Shown: in pieces, positions 49,701-62,962 of the stretch | How positions within the stretch are numbered: position 1 is the first letter of the stretch | How the letters are laid out: each line of letters starts with the position of its first letter | DNA from: Phoronis australis | Lineage: Eukaryota > Animalia > Phoronida | DNA: 64,000 nucleotides | NCBI GenBank assembly: GCA_002633005.1 | Contig: NMRA01000088.1 | Coordinates: 368,186 to 432,185, forward strand | Reading direction: 5' to 3' | Position numbers and translations under genes: made by a program | Notes under the pieces: generated by a model | Told to the model about the DNA's origin: nothing | What the model saw: the letters and a program-made list of their open reading frames with translations, nothing else | The model's database searches: none

Positions 49701-51546
49701 TTCTTCTTCTTCAAGTATAGCCTACTAACCATGGTTCGTTTTTCAATGAATTGATAAGAATAACAAGTTTGATGACTTTATTGTTGCAAGCGTTATAAAG
49801 TCCCAATGAGAATTCTTTTTAGAATAACGAATCTTGCAATAACCAAAGCACATTTGTTTTGTATATTAAGAATTTATAGATACAGATTTTTACTCAACAT
49901 ACTGCACGTTTAACATAAGAAATATGTTTTAGTCCCAAAGGCAAAAATATGCGTAGAGCAAAACGTTATCTGATCGGTAATCCCCTTACACAATTCCAGC
50001 AGACGACAATCTTTTGAACAGAAGACAATCGTTTGAGCAGACGACAGTATTTTGAACAGACGGTTTGCTGCTATGACGCAAACTCATTGATTTGGCTCAA
50101 TAGTTTCTAAATGAACAAAGACTGGTGTCTAAAACATGAAATCTTTGAAAGATACCGACGACGAATGGTTCGGTCTCTATTCTTAAATTTAGAGTAAGCG
50201 ATTCTGGGCATTTCATTGCAAGACAAAAATGAATCATTTCACGCCTTATGACGTTGATTGAATGACAGCAACACGAGGCGTCGCTTCTCACTTCCTTCGG
50301 TTTCATTGTATGAGAAGCAACAACTGGACAAAATGAACCAGCCTCCAGTCACAACTCATTAATATTAGAAAAGTAGATGCGTTTGTGTGATTATCGTGCG
50401 CCACAACAGGAAAATCCTACACCAGGTGGCGTTCTTTTTTGCGTTCTACAAATCGTTCACGTCACCACCCAAATACAAATGTATCTCTTTGATTATAACG
50501 AACAGACATTCCCAGAAGACAGGTTAAATTTTCAGCATCCACTAGATGTTACTTCAATTACTTTTAAGTTCCAATGCATTCCTAGCAGAATTTCACACGA
50601 CATTACAAGCGACCCCTTGGGTAAAAATTAACCGTGTCTTTCACGTGATCTAAAATTGTTGTAGCGCTAAAACATTCAATTATTCTAATAGATATGATTT
50701 GCATTCTACATCAGATTTCATTTGAATCCTCGCAAGATTGTCAGTGAATTATCTTGGCACCACATGTTTGGGGATTAAAACGTACTCGATCGAACTTTTT
50801 CTCAGGTTCATCACTTAGCGGCATGATGGGTTGTTATCGTTTTATGTCATTATGTTTATAAATCATTCTGCTAGCCATTTTGCCGCAGTGAATGTTTTAC
50901 CACAGGAAACTGAAACTTGCGAAATCGCCCTTTTTGTCGGCTGTACAGATTTTAGGGCTCAGAAAACGAATTATGTTCGACATATGCCCAAAATGATACG
51001 AGGTGCTTCACAATCTCGCTTCAACGTGGAAAGGGACCGCATGCTGGCAAAAAGGTGTAATTCTTATGACAGTGGTTATATTCATAATATAGGTATACAT
51101 GTACACAATCGACAAGCTAAAGATGTCTGCAAAGGTGAGCAAAGCAGTGCCACCAGCACTGGCGGATCTAAGCGTCATAAGCGGAAGCCAAACACAGTTT
51201 TCGAGGGAAAACAACCGTATCTAGACCATAAAATCGGCATACGGACGGCATTTTTTGTTTTGTGGCCGTGTTCAAAGGGGCAGGAGTGGATGGGCCACCT
51301 AAGACCTCCTAAATCCATCTATGACACGAGCTGTACCTACCCACCTGCCTGAGTACCTTTCTGACTTACTACAGATCTATCCACCTGTTTACCAAAAAAC
51401 TTTACTTGTCTGAGAATATGACTGCCTCCTTGCAAATCTTATGTTCCTATCTTTACAAACTTGGCGTCTATAATCTACCCAATCACCTTCCAACTTAACC
51501 TTTTCTTGTCTATGTTTCTATGCATGCATGTAATTTCACATGTTCT

Positions 51547-51693
51547 CATCCATCAATCCATCTATCCAACCATCCCTCCATACATTCGTCCGTCCGTCCG
51601 TCCTTCCATCCGTCCGTCCGTCCGTCGGTCCGTTCATCCATCCATCCATCCATCCATCCATCCATCCATCCTTCCGTTCATCCATCCATCCAT
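51547..51693. repeat. (TCCA/TCCG)n tetranucleotide microsatellite
   Basis: Direct repeats. Confidence 0.93.
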
Positions 51694-54600
51694 AAAAATG
51701 TTACATTAACATCGGAGGTGCCTAGCATCAAATTATCAGCAATGATACTACAAACAGAACATGGATTCACAATGCATTTGAAGAAAATGTGGCAAAAACA
51801 AGACCGTGTCATTAAGAAATATGGTGAACCCACAAAAACGGGTATAAATACGTTAATAAGAACACGATACAGTTGCGCACGTGCAAAGCGTGAACCCGGA
51901 AATACAAAGCTGCTAAACTTAGAAGGTAGTTTGTGTGAACAAAGACAAAAATTAATCATGTTTGTGCTAAAAAGCTCATCTTAACGAGTTCTGGATTAAC
52001 TATTGTGTTACCTAGAATTGAAAGGATTTCGGAAAAAGTTCTCACCATCTAATTTTCCTTTAAATGTAAAATTTTGATGAAACGGAAATGTGATGCGATA
52101 AGTACAAACTTTTACGCTAATTAGAAATAGCGCGGAGCACCGTGTCAAGGATTTGGTGGTAGTTTGTTATACCAGGCATGTGCGCGCGTGCTTGTTGATG
52201 TTCAGCCTATGAGGTTAACGCAAATCTTGGCTTAGGCTGAGCTTTAGCAGTGACATGTGAAGACAAAATCCCATATAACAACATTTTAAAGAAGACTGTT
52301 TATGTAAAACCTTTTATACACACTCCGATTATTGTTTGAATTTGTAGACAGTGGTCCGGTAGTCGTCTACAAATTCTGAAACAAGCAAAAATCGAAGAAA
52401 AGTCCGACGTGCTCTGTTTCAATCGACAAATCGTATATATTTGCTTAGCTCAAAAAGTCGCATCGGAACACCGCCCCACACACCCCGATTTGCCGTATAG
52501 AAAAGTCGTTCTCAAGTCCACCAACGGCTAATCGGAGGATGGGAAAAGCGCTTAAAACCGCTATAAAGTCCACTTGGTGTCAGAATATTGAGTATCTCCA
52601 CAAGCGTCTTTGCCCTTCCAAAGCAACGGCATTGCGTTCTTATTCTATACTTAAATTAAGCTTGCTTACCACAAACAACTTGGACTTCCCTTTGCGACTA
52701 GATGGTCTTGGCTACTGAGACTAATCCGTGGTGACAACTTGATGTGGCTGGTGAAGCAAAGAAGCACGTTAGTTCTTCTGCAGCCTCGCAAACTTTTCTA
52801 AACTGAGTAGGGAACGAGATGAGACCGATTTTATGCATGACCTAAATCAAAAGTTAGTTGTTGACAGAAGTCGCGGGTTTGTTACCCCTTTAAGACATCG
52901 CTGACGACGATAACTACGTCATGAAACACCAAAGGTGTAGTCATTGCTATCTCCAACATTGAAGAGATGTACATCTTTCTCCTATGAGTTACGTTTCACC
53001 TTCGTCATGATTTCCGGTCTGAGTAAAAAGACAATTTTGCTGAGTGAACCTCTGAAATAAGCGGAGGGGAAATGTAACAGTTGCGTGCGACGCCTTTTCT
53101 ATTTACTTACCAGCAAATACCTAAATATACAAAAACGTAATCAAAAGCCACATAATGGACTTTTTATATTAGTTCGTGCCAAAAACAACTTTAAGGCACT
53201 TAATGTTATGTATTTTTTTCCTTATTCTGATCAGAAATGATTTCTAGAATCGTAAAGAACCGATAGGTCGTTATTCCATAAAGTGGCTTAACACGGCGGG
53301 TTAATTTCAGTCGCCACGGAAGTATGTCCGTCAAGAAATTCCAAGCGAGTAATTGTAATCAATTTCAATGCAAATAAAAGATGAAAACGCGAGCAGATAA
53401 TCATGCGAAGAAAGTGGATATTTTTAATACCAGAACATGATATAGCGGCATGAATGAATAAACGATATTTGCAAACAACCATTTTGATGACGTCAAGGTA
53501 GCTGCTTAGCTAATTCCCGCGCAAGAAGGAAGTTATTTTCCGGTTCTGTTAATGAAACATTCGCACCCACCGTTATTTGAACGCAGTTATAAATACGCCA
53601 AGGCGCTAAGACATTACTGTGAAAGAATTTCCTAACATAGCACTTACAAACATAAAAAGCATCGTCACCGATTACACGGATTTGTTTTGACCACTGGGGC
53701 ATTACTGTCGAAGTCATGAAATCAAAAAACAAACATTGTATCAGTCAAAATATCCAACTTAGTAGTTTTTGTCAGTATCCTTGATAAATCACTTACTAAA
53801 GTAACTCATCGCTTCAAACAAAAGGGCAGAAACAATGGCTGTGACATTTTCAATAGTGTGTGTGTTGCCTGTTGTAACTGTTCATGACGTCACTAACTTA
53901 GTTCAATTAGTGACTATTTTGTCCGTTTTTGGCCACTAAGATTAACATACGAGGCACAGTTTAAAAGCTCACTTTTCAGGTTCAAGTTAAAATATTTTTC
54001 TTTCAAATATATAAAGTATCTATGCCGGTTGGACTTCTAAATTCGGAAATGCTGGGCGCTCTTTTCTGTTTACAACTTTGACAATGAGCTTATGACAAAA
54101 CTAAACTTTTCAAAAACATTGACCGCATAGACATCACGTGTTAACTTGTAAATGTCAAGATTTCAGGCCCCAGATTTTCGACAACATTTCGCCTACATTC
54201 TTGTAGAATAAGTTACAAAAACCCAGAAATTCCTACAAGTAGCAGTGTACTGTTACTACTGAAGAGTGTGTATTCCAAACTAAGAAGGCGTGTAAGAACG
54301 CAAGCATGTTTAAAGGCCCCTCAGGAATAACAAAGGTTCATCTCAGAAGTTTAAAGCAATGTCTGGACACTTCCATTTTTTCGTATACGACTGTCGTATA
54401 CGACTAATCGGAGCGTGTAAACAAGTGTTCTCACACAACCTTTTTTAACAGGAAAGTCGTATACGACAATCAAATGTGTATACAATCGTTCGCGATCCAC
54501 GTTAGTTCGGACTTTGTAGACTGTCTTCCTTATTCAGTCCGCGGAAGTCTTCACTTAAACTGTTGCAGTAGAAATTACGTTAAGGAAAAAAACTTTGATT

Positions 54601-56450
54601 TGTCAGTTGTTATATGTACACGGTAATGGTTTAGTTGAGTAAACGGAGACACTAGTTAAAATAAACCAAGAAATTTAACTTTTTGTGCGAAGTTTAGTGA
54701 TTTCCAAATCATATCTGCGAACAGAAAGCTGAGTATAACAGAATGTCGGTAAAGTGTTAAGAATAAACAAGATATTAAGTTAGTTCATTCATGTTCACGT
54801 TCGTTCAGGACTCTCGTAGTACTTCGTGTCCACCAAGGCGTTGGGTTTCTTCGACGTCTCAAGTAGCGAGATTTATCAAACCGAACAACAAAGATTACAT
54901 AGCTGTTTTGAAGGTATTGAGGACAAGCTCCAACAGGTACAAAAGACTCCTACGAGGGTGGTTCCGAAATAAACTGATCCCCGGCATTCCTGTTTTAAAA
55001 GTCGGGGTTCGTGTTTTTCGGGCTGATTAGCTGAAAGTGTGGGAGTCTGTTTTCGACTAGCGTATATCTGCTTTACACTGTGGTTCCTGTTTCGATGAAA
55101 CACCCTGATTTTGAATTTATTGAATACGACACAGTGTTTACAGACAAAAAGGAAATAATCACAATCTCATGATTCACAAAGTCACAGTCATCGCGGACTC
55201 AAAGCGCATTAGTTAAAAGCCGTGGATAAGAATAACGAAATGCTATTAAACGTAAATAAAACTCGTAGAAATATGAAACCACGGTAACATAAACGAGTTT
55301 GGGTTTCACACAGAACGCTGAGAGCCAACGAGCACGCATTATTACATAATGCTTACAGCGCTTTGGATCGAAGATATTTGCATGGCTCAAACCAACAAAC
55401 ATAGCAATTTTTAAATCTATGATTTTTGGTACAGACGCGCATTGCGAGTGCTTATGGAAGCAAGAGCAAATCTTCCATCGGGACAGTCAAGGTCGATTCA
55501 TCGCTTGTTTTGCTAGTTAACAAGCTGTAGCCGTTTACTAGATGTCAATTTAGCATTTCGCTGCTCACAGACCATTTAAACAAAGCCGTCTTTCATTCAT
55601 GAATGCAAGTTTCAAATTTCGTCTACGTTACAATCCAATTAGAATAATTAAGCCGATATAGTTTTTAATGAAAATTTAATTCGAATTTCAGTTGAGAAGG
55701 AGTCAGCGTGCCAGTGTCAAAACGGCGGTAGCTACGGAAACAAACACTATTCTTTGCGCTAAGTGGAAAATTATAGAGTCTTCGTCTTTAGGAAATTAAT
55801 CCGTGAAATTGAGGTTAAAGACCGTATCTGTGAAATCTATGTCCGAACGTTGGATTAAGTTACCGCTGGAATCGAATTCATGATTGAAAAATTTGTAGGG
55901 AGCATATAGACGAGATCAGTTCATATTGACTGCACTACTCAAAAAGTGGTGAATATTAGATTAATCTTCCCAATATTTACATAATCAAAATAAAATTATA
56001 TTAAATTTAATGTTATTACGAACAACAAACCTTTAATGATGGAGTGGTAGAAATTCATTCGTCTTGCATATTAATTATTTTAATACCACAAGCTTCCTAT
56101 TCACCATTCGCAGCCTATAGCCACCACACTCTGTGAATGGAGCAGTCATGGGTGCTCAAGTTGGCATTATTGAAAACGGTTTTGTGCGATATAATTTGTA
56201 TTGACCAACATGGTTCACAAACTGACCCCTATTCTGCGAGCGATCTTCGCATATTCTTGTTTAAGAGTGGTTTGGTAGATTTTGGAAAAACGCCATGTTA
56301 GGTTGCGCAGACTTCCGGGGTGAATCGAAGTCACATCGGCTTTTTTGAAAAACCGCAGCGAGAAACGGCAGATACATAACAGTGTGGAAACAGGTATAGA
56401 CCAAAGAAGAATTCAGCAGTTGTCTCGCGGCTAGAAAATCTAGCCAAAAT

Positions 56451-56500
56451 CACGTGCTCTCATATAAAATACACTGCAATATGTCGCGTAATCTCGCGAA
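56451..56500 (+). promoter_or_regulatory. Candidate core promoter: E-box + TATA box
   Basis: CACGTG at 56451 followed 6 bp later by TATAAAA at 56463, in a CpG-rich context. Confidence 0.3.
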
Positions 56501-58351
56501 ATCTTGCTTTTTAGTGAGGTCCTAGCGAGGGCCTAGCGTTACTGAACTCCACTCAAGAGTTGTTGATCAAGTAATAGATCACCGTATTTGTGTCTTTGCA
56601 GCCAGTAGTCCCTTTTATGGAACGTTAGTGAAGACTTGAGAGGAAATTTTGGTCGTATGCTCCAACATCCCAACTACTGAATAAAGATTTAGTCAGGTTA
56701 TTTTGACCTCATCACAATCCTGAAATAATTTATATAAATTATCTCAGTAACTAGCAGTTACGTGTATATTCTCAGAGACTTCACACTTTCGTCCAAGTGA
56801 AATTTGATTAATTTTCGTGAGACCACATTCCTGACTTTGGTCTTAAGTAAGTCATTTTTTATGAAACAGAACCCTGAAGACGATTTGCTTCGGTTAAAGG
56901 AATTCAATTTTGGTCCTCAAATTTCATATTCGAGATAGATTGCTGGTTTCAAACCGAACAAATCAAGAACGATTCCCGCATTTGAATGTTCAGTGAATCT
57001 GAAGAGGAACAGATACAAAACGTAATCGGAATGGATTATTCAACGTATTCCTCAGACGCAAACCCGACTGTGAATGGACGGGACAGAGAAGTAAGAAAAC
57101 CCAGCACGCCACGATGCCCTACCAACGAATTTCGCGCCTTCTTGCCCGGGAATGAAATGCCATTCTCTATGGACCTACGTCAGAACTCTCGTTAACGGTG
57201 CGAGATTTGAGTTTTACATACAAGCTGACGGTGCATCAATCAAGAACCGCTTGTGTGCTATGACGAAAAAGCGAATTGAATGGGTGCTAAATACCTCCAA
57301 TTGTAACGGATAAATATCGCAACGAAATTTAGATTTATTTTGGAACGTGAAAAATATATAGTTGTGCAAATTTGTGTAGATATTCGTGTGCTACAATTAC
57401 ATAACATTTTGTAATGTCACCCATTACTGTAATACTGTTATTTTTAACAAATTCAGTGATCTGGATAGGAAACGTATTTAGGTGACCATGAGTATTGACA
57501 CAAAAGTAAAGCATAGCTGTATAAATTAACCAGATCTTCAACAGATTGAGATTGATAGTGCTCTAAATAGTGCTGACCTGAGCAAAAAATAAAAACGCAA
57601 ACACCTCTCTTGATATCTTAAACGAGCAAAAGTTTTTCACATGTAGAGTATTCTAATGTTTTTGAATATATTCCGTTTTGTTATGACATGGATTAAAAAA
57701 TTCTTCTTTCGTTACTTGAAAACATCAGTTAAGGTAAATCAGCGTATTACGCTACAGCGTTACTTAACACAGTTCAAACTTTGACTTTTAAAGTGTGCAC
57801 TTAATGGTGTATTTATAAAAAGCAAACGATAACAGACCTCCCTTCATCAGGACGATAGAATTCGATTGGAAAAAGTATCTTTGGTAGATAAACGGAATTA
57901 CAAATTGTGCAAAATAATCAACGCTTGTCCCCGAGACACACATGTAATCTTATTAGACGAAGAAGGTTAAAAATGCCCTGCAAAGAAGTCATTAGATATT
58001 ACGTCAGGTCCATTAATGTTTTGTATTGCAAGTTATCGATTTAGAGGACTCTGATCGGAATTTAGGTAGTGACAATCAATTTTCAAACTGATAATGATAT
58101 CACAGTACCACATTTCTCGTCTGCAATGCGTATCAGATACGTATGTCGAACATAAAATATTCGCTTCGCTTCATAATTGAATAACAATCCCTTAACCCAC
58201 AATTACTAACAGTGAGCTGTGCTTGGCAAAGTAAAAAACACTTGTTGCGCTCGAAATAATAATATGCCAGTTGTTTCCATGGTGACGTGTTCTTCAATTT
58301 CGGAATCTTTCACTTTCCATGCAGCAGCTTTGTCTCCATTTCTATTTGCCT

Positions 58352-58512
58352 TTCTGTCTGTCTGTCTGTCTGTCTGTCTGTATGTATGTCTGTCTCGCTC
58401 TGTCTGTCTAACTGTCAGTCTGACTGACTTTCTGTCTGTTTTTGTATGTGTTTCAATATCCTACCATGTGTTTACTTGCCTGCATATCTGCTTTGTGTCT
58501 GTCTGTCTATCT
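58352..58512. repeat. (TCTG)n tetranucleotide microsatellite
   Basis: Direct repeats. Confidence 0.9.
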
Positions 58513-61219
58513 GGCTGTTTTTAAATGTGCCTTCTACCAGCCCACGGCAGATGTACGTCTTTCAGCATATATATTTCAGGCCACCCTAAAAACACGGCTC
58601 GCGGACCTGTAAACTCATCTCACTGACTCACATTCGTAAAACACGGCTAGTTGACTCACGTGACTAAGAATTACGTGCAGGACTCAGTGGAGTGTCCAGG
58701 AGACGTACGTGTGTACAAGTACTAGCGCCGTGTTTGTGGTCCAGGAGACACATAGACCGTGTTTGCGGATGCGGGCCATGTTGGTGGATGTGAACTGGGC
58801 TTACTGGTATGTGAGCCGTGTTCATGAGTTCGTATTTAGAGCTATATTCACGAGTGATTGAGAAGTGTTGTTCCGGTAGCCTGTATATCTGCTTGTCTGT
58901 CTTGCATAAAGGTGCCTGCCTACTAGAATATATATCGAACTTTCTACCTGTTAGTCTGTCCATCTGTCTGTGTGTCCGTCAGTCTGCCTCTCTGCCTGCT
59001 GGCCTGCTTTACCAGCGAATTGCCGAGCAGAGCCTATCATGCAAGATGCAACCAGTGTCTGATGCTCATAAATATTCGTTCACAAAATAGTGCAGAACGC
59101 AATGAAACGCTCCCATATAATCAACGAAACAATTTTAATCGATTTTAAATATTACAAAACCTTCAAAACCAATGAGTATTGCGAGTCTGTAGCGTATAAC
59201 ATTAATATTCTGCTGGTAATAATCTACTTCAATGGCCATTTGACTTGCAAACAATTTGATAATACCAAACTGACAAAGAGTCTCTCCTAATTTCCGCTTA
59301 AGATTTTGCCAGAGGCTTGTTTTCGATTCTCACATTCTGATTTAATAATTTATAATAACGATTCAAAAAGAACCTGACGAAAGTACAAAGCCAAGAAGTT
59401 TGAGAGAATGAAAAACACCAGCGGTTACAAGATCTTTTTGTAACCGCGGGCGTGCTGACAGTATCAGATGTTTTGTGTGAGCTTCGGTCGTGTATCTCTA
59501 TAGCAACTGTGTGACATCGCGTCCTTGACTTATACAAATTCACAAGACAGCTAAAATAATAAGTGCTTGACAAGTAAGCTACCATCGAAATTATAAAATA
59601 GTGGCGGTAGCCGGAAATTATTAATTTTTATTAAAATTCAACACCATTTTTTCAAATTTGTTATCTCATAGATCGTTTGATTGTGTGAAAATATTGGAGA
59701 GCTAGATAATAAGTAGCAAAGTCTTTAATTGTAAAGGGGCATTTTGCCGCTGATACGCCGCCAATGTTGCTTTGGGGGAGAAAAAACAGTGGCAAACTCA
59801 TTGCGTCTTGAATGTTGCAGACCAAACCTACAACTCAAGTCAGAGGCAATCAGCACGTGCGCTATTTGTGAATTTGCAATTTTAGAGTTGCCAACCCCAA
59901 TAAACTCTTACGCGTAACATACAATTTTACGAGACCGATTTCATGAAAGTAGAGACCTATTTCGGTTTTGTCTCTTATCCAGTTAAGCATGATGATTGAA
60001 ACGCAACTTTTAGTAACAGATATGAAGGACTATTGTTATTGGTGATATTGTGTGCTTATTATATCAAAAAGCATTATCATTGTTATTATTATCTCTCTTA
60101 ACTACAGTCATCAATCATCATTTCAAAACTCACCTTCGTTGGACAACTAAATGCAATTTAAGTATTTCTACCTATGAATATTTAGCTTCAGGACGGACAC
60201 GCATTTACTTTACACTAGCTTACATCCAAATCGACAACTCTATGATCTTAATTAATTGTTTAATCAAGTAATTTATCAAAGATAAATCGTCTTATTACCT
60301 ATGTCTACAGTCTGCAATTTATGGCAGTTTGACACAATGTCTCAGACTAAGATTACAATCATCATTTTCAAGTTACTGTGACAAAGATTCCAGACAAGAA
60401 AATCTAATCATCCTCACGAACCACGGAATCGCCCGCACTAAGTACTGAATCATTTGCATGACCCACTGAATCACCCAGGTAAATCACTGAATCATCTCTA
60501 CGAACACTGAATCATGCGCACGATCCACAACATCACGCACACGACGAAAAACACGCGGAAACAAAATGTTTCGCCCGAGCGTATGTCACCCGCACGAATA
60601 TCGAAGCATTTGCAGGTACCACGGGTCATAAGTCTATTTGCTATCAAGGATTTTGATTCGCAAGTACGATGCGGAGCAGGTTCATGTGGACCACACTGGA
60701 AATAAGCCTGACTTTTTGTACTACCTGTCTTTCCTACTTGTACTTTTATTTATTTTCATTCGTCATTTATCTTGTATATTTTTCTTGTCTTTCTGTACTT
60801 GTAAGTTAATTAAATAAATAGATAATAAAACGATTCCGAATGGTTTGATGCTCTTCACTGGGAGTGGATTCTCTTGGCTGCGCTGAAGTCCAACAGTGTC
60901 ATATCGATGGAAGCATTTTCATCAAACCATCATACTTGAGTGATTTTATAGCCCTTTTGGCTACTCCTTATTTAATCGAACTACGGGAGCCTTGTTTATT
61001 TAAAACACCACAGACTACGTGATATTTTTAATGGTGAAATAATTAAAGACGTAACACACCAGCTGAGCACGCCCTTGAGGTGCCTTGTTCCGGGATCATT
61101 TGGAGATTGATTCATTTTTTGTCTTATATTAACTAAATCACCTTACAGCCAAACACGACAAAGTTAAAAACAAACTCAGAATAAAAACTGTATGTAGGAC
61201 ATAAAATGGTCTGATATAA

Positions 61220-61281
61220 CGTGCCCGAATTTTGAGAACCAGTTTTCTCCACTGAATAACGGGCATCAAGCTGGTTCTCAG
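61220..61281 (-). mobile_element. Family A hairpin element copy (reverse orientation)
   Basis: cccgaattttgagaaccagttttctccactgaataacgggcatcaagctggttctca. Confidence 0.8.
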
Positions 61282-62011
61282 ACTATTGCCGAGAAAAGAC
61301 AGTTGAATCTCACCGTAGATAATTTTTTCGTGAGACTAATAAAAAACAAGCGATGCGTTCCTTAGATTAAAGACATTAGCGCTCCACATATAGAACGGAA
61401 ACGGCGAATACTATTACAAATTTTAACTTTCCAGCTTCGCCGACCAATCATTTCATTAGCCGCCGAGCATATCCGTACAATAGCTTGGTCTTGCGTGATG
61501 TTTCTTTTTGGCGATATTCTCGCGTCTACGACCGAAGGCAGTCAAAGTTTCACGAAACGGTCCTCCAACAGGAAATATGTCAATATCTTGCCTAGCTTGC
61601 GTACGTTTACATTCACGAAGTAGAACATAACAAAGTGAGACAGTTGGTTAAAGGAAAAAAGGAAGGGCAGTGTCACGAAACGTAATAAAGGATCGGGCAT
61701 TTGGAACACCTCGGGAATTTTTGTAGCCACACAATTTCCCTCGGAGGTGAACATAATCTACGCATGTGCGAACTTCATTCATACGCCCAATCAGTTTCCG
61801 GTTTGACAAAAAATCACCTACGAGGGGAAATTTGAGGTTACTAAAATAGCTAAGATGTCCCGGATGGGACTGATGTGTTATCTCCGAACTCGAACTTGTT
61901 AACTACAAATTATGTTTGACACCTCATGTTGTACTTCAGTAAGTACTTGAGATACGTAGCTATTAATCTGTACTCGAGTAATTTATGGCTTACATTGGAT
62001 GAATGTTTAAT

Positions 62012-62074
62012 CCCAGTGTGAATTTAGGGGTCAGCACGTGCTAATGCACGTGATGACCCCTCAGTTAACACTGA
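62012..62074. repeat. Imperfect palindrome carrying two CACGTG E-boxes
   Basis: cagtgt...aggggtcagcacgtgc-taat-gcacgtgatgacccct...acactg. Confidence 0.8.
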
Positions 62075-62962
62075 GTCTGAATTCAGAACCTCGAGTTTGT
62101 AGCTAGAATCTAGGGATCATTAAGTGCAATTTGGACTTGAAATTCATTTGTGTAAATCATGATATACTGAATACCCAATCAGAGCACATATCTTGAAATT
62201 GCACTTGAGTAACAGAGAAAATGTGAAACAAATTACGCCGAGTCCAACTTAAAAGTTTAGAGCCTGAGCCCAAATTGCACGTGTTTCTCGCCAATCTATT
62301 TGGCCACGCAAGTTACGACACCACGTGTTTTCTCACGATCCGCCCTTCTTCATAGAGTACCTCTTACAAAAGTAAATGTCGTCCATCCATACTACAGGTT
62401 CGTTTACTGGGTTGTGGACGAGACACCAAAACGAATGCAGAAGTTTAACTCCCTTTTCCTTATGGCAAGAAAAAAAAATCAAAATAGTCTTTAGAAAATG
62501 TTGTAATCCATCTTGAACTGAAGCATTTCGCTGTTTGCAAGACAAAATGAAACCTTATCGGCAGATTTTCGCATTTAACCAACTATCTTTAAAACAGTAG
62601 AGTTTGACCAAGTGAATGTATATATTGGAAGTGACTCTATACCAGCCTGCCCCTAATTAGGTGAGAACATATTTTTAGTAAAAAGGCACATTCATAACAA
62701 AAAAAAAAAAACTTTATCAACATAATGACCAAATTTCTGACATAACTGTTCAATATAAAATTTCAAAAACTCTAACATATTCTGCTTTTGCTTTGTGCAA
62801 CTTCTTTGACAAAAATTGTAAAAGTCCATTATTTTGATATTGGAGACCGGAGCACGATGCTCCGAAATTAGTCAAATCTTGACATTTTGAAGAGCCGTAT
62901 TGCCTTATGTATGTACGAAAGTCTTGAAATTAAACTTGATAAATTACCTGGTCAACATACAC

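Noticed and set aside
50831-51352. 173-aa ORF
   Set aside because: No recognisable domain or convincing splice signals; the 3' part runs through a degenerate MITE-like sequence (cactggcggatcta...).
51461-51984. ORFs with PSIH/PSVR repeats
   Set aside because: Translations of the (TCCA/TCCG)n microsatellite.
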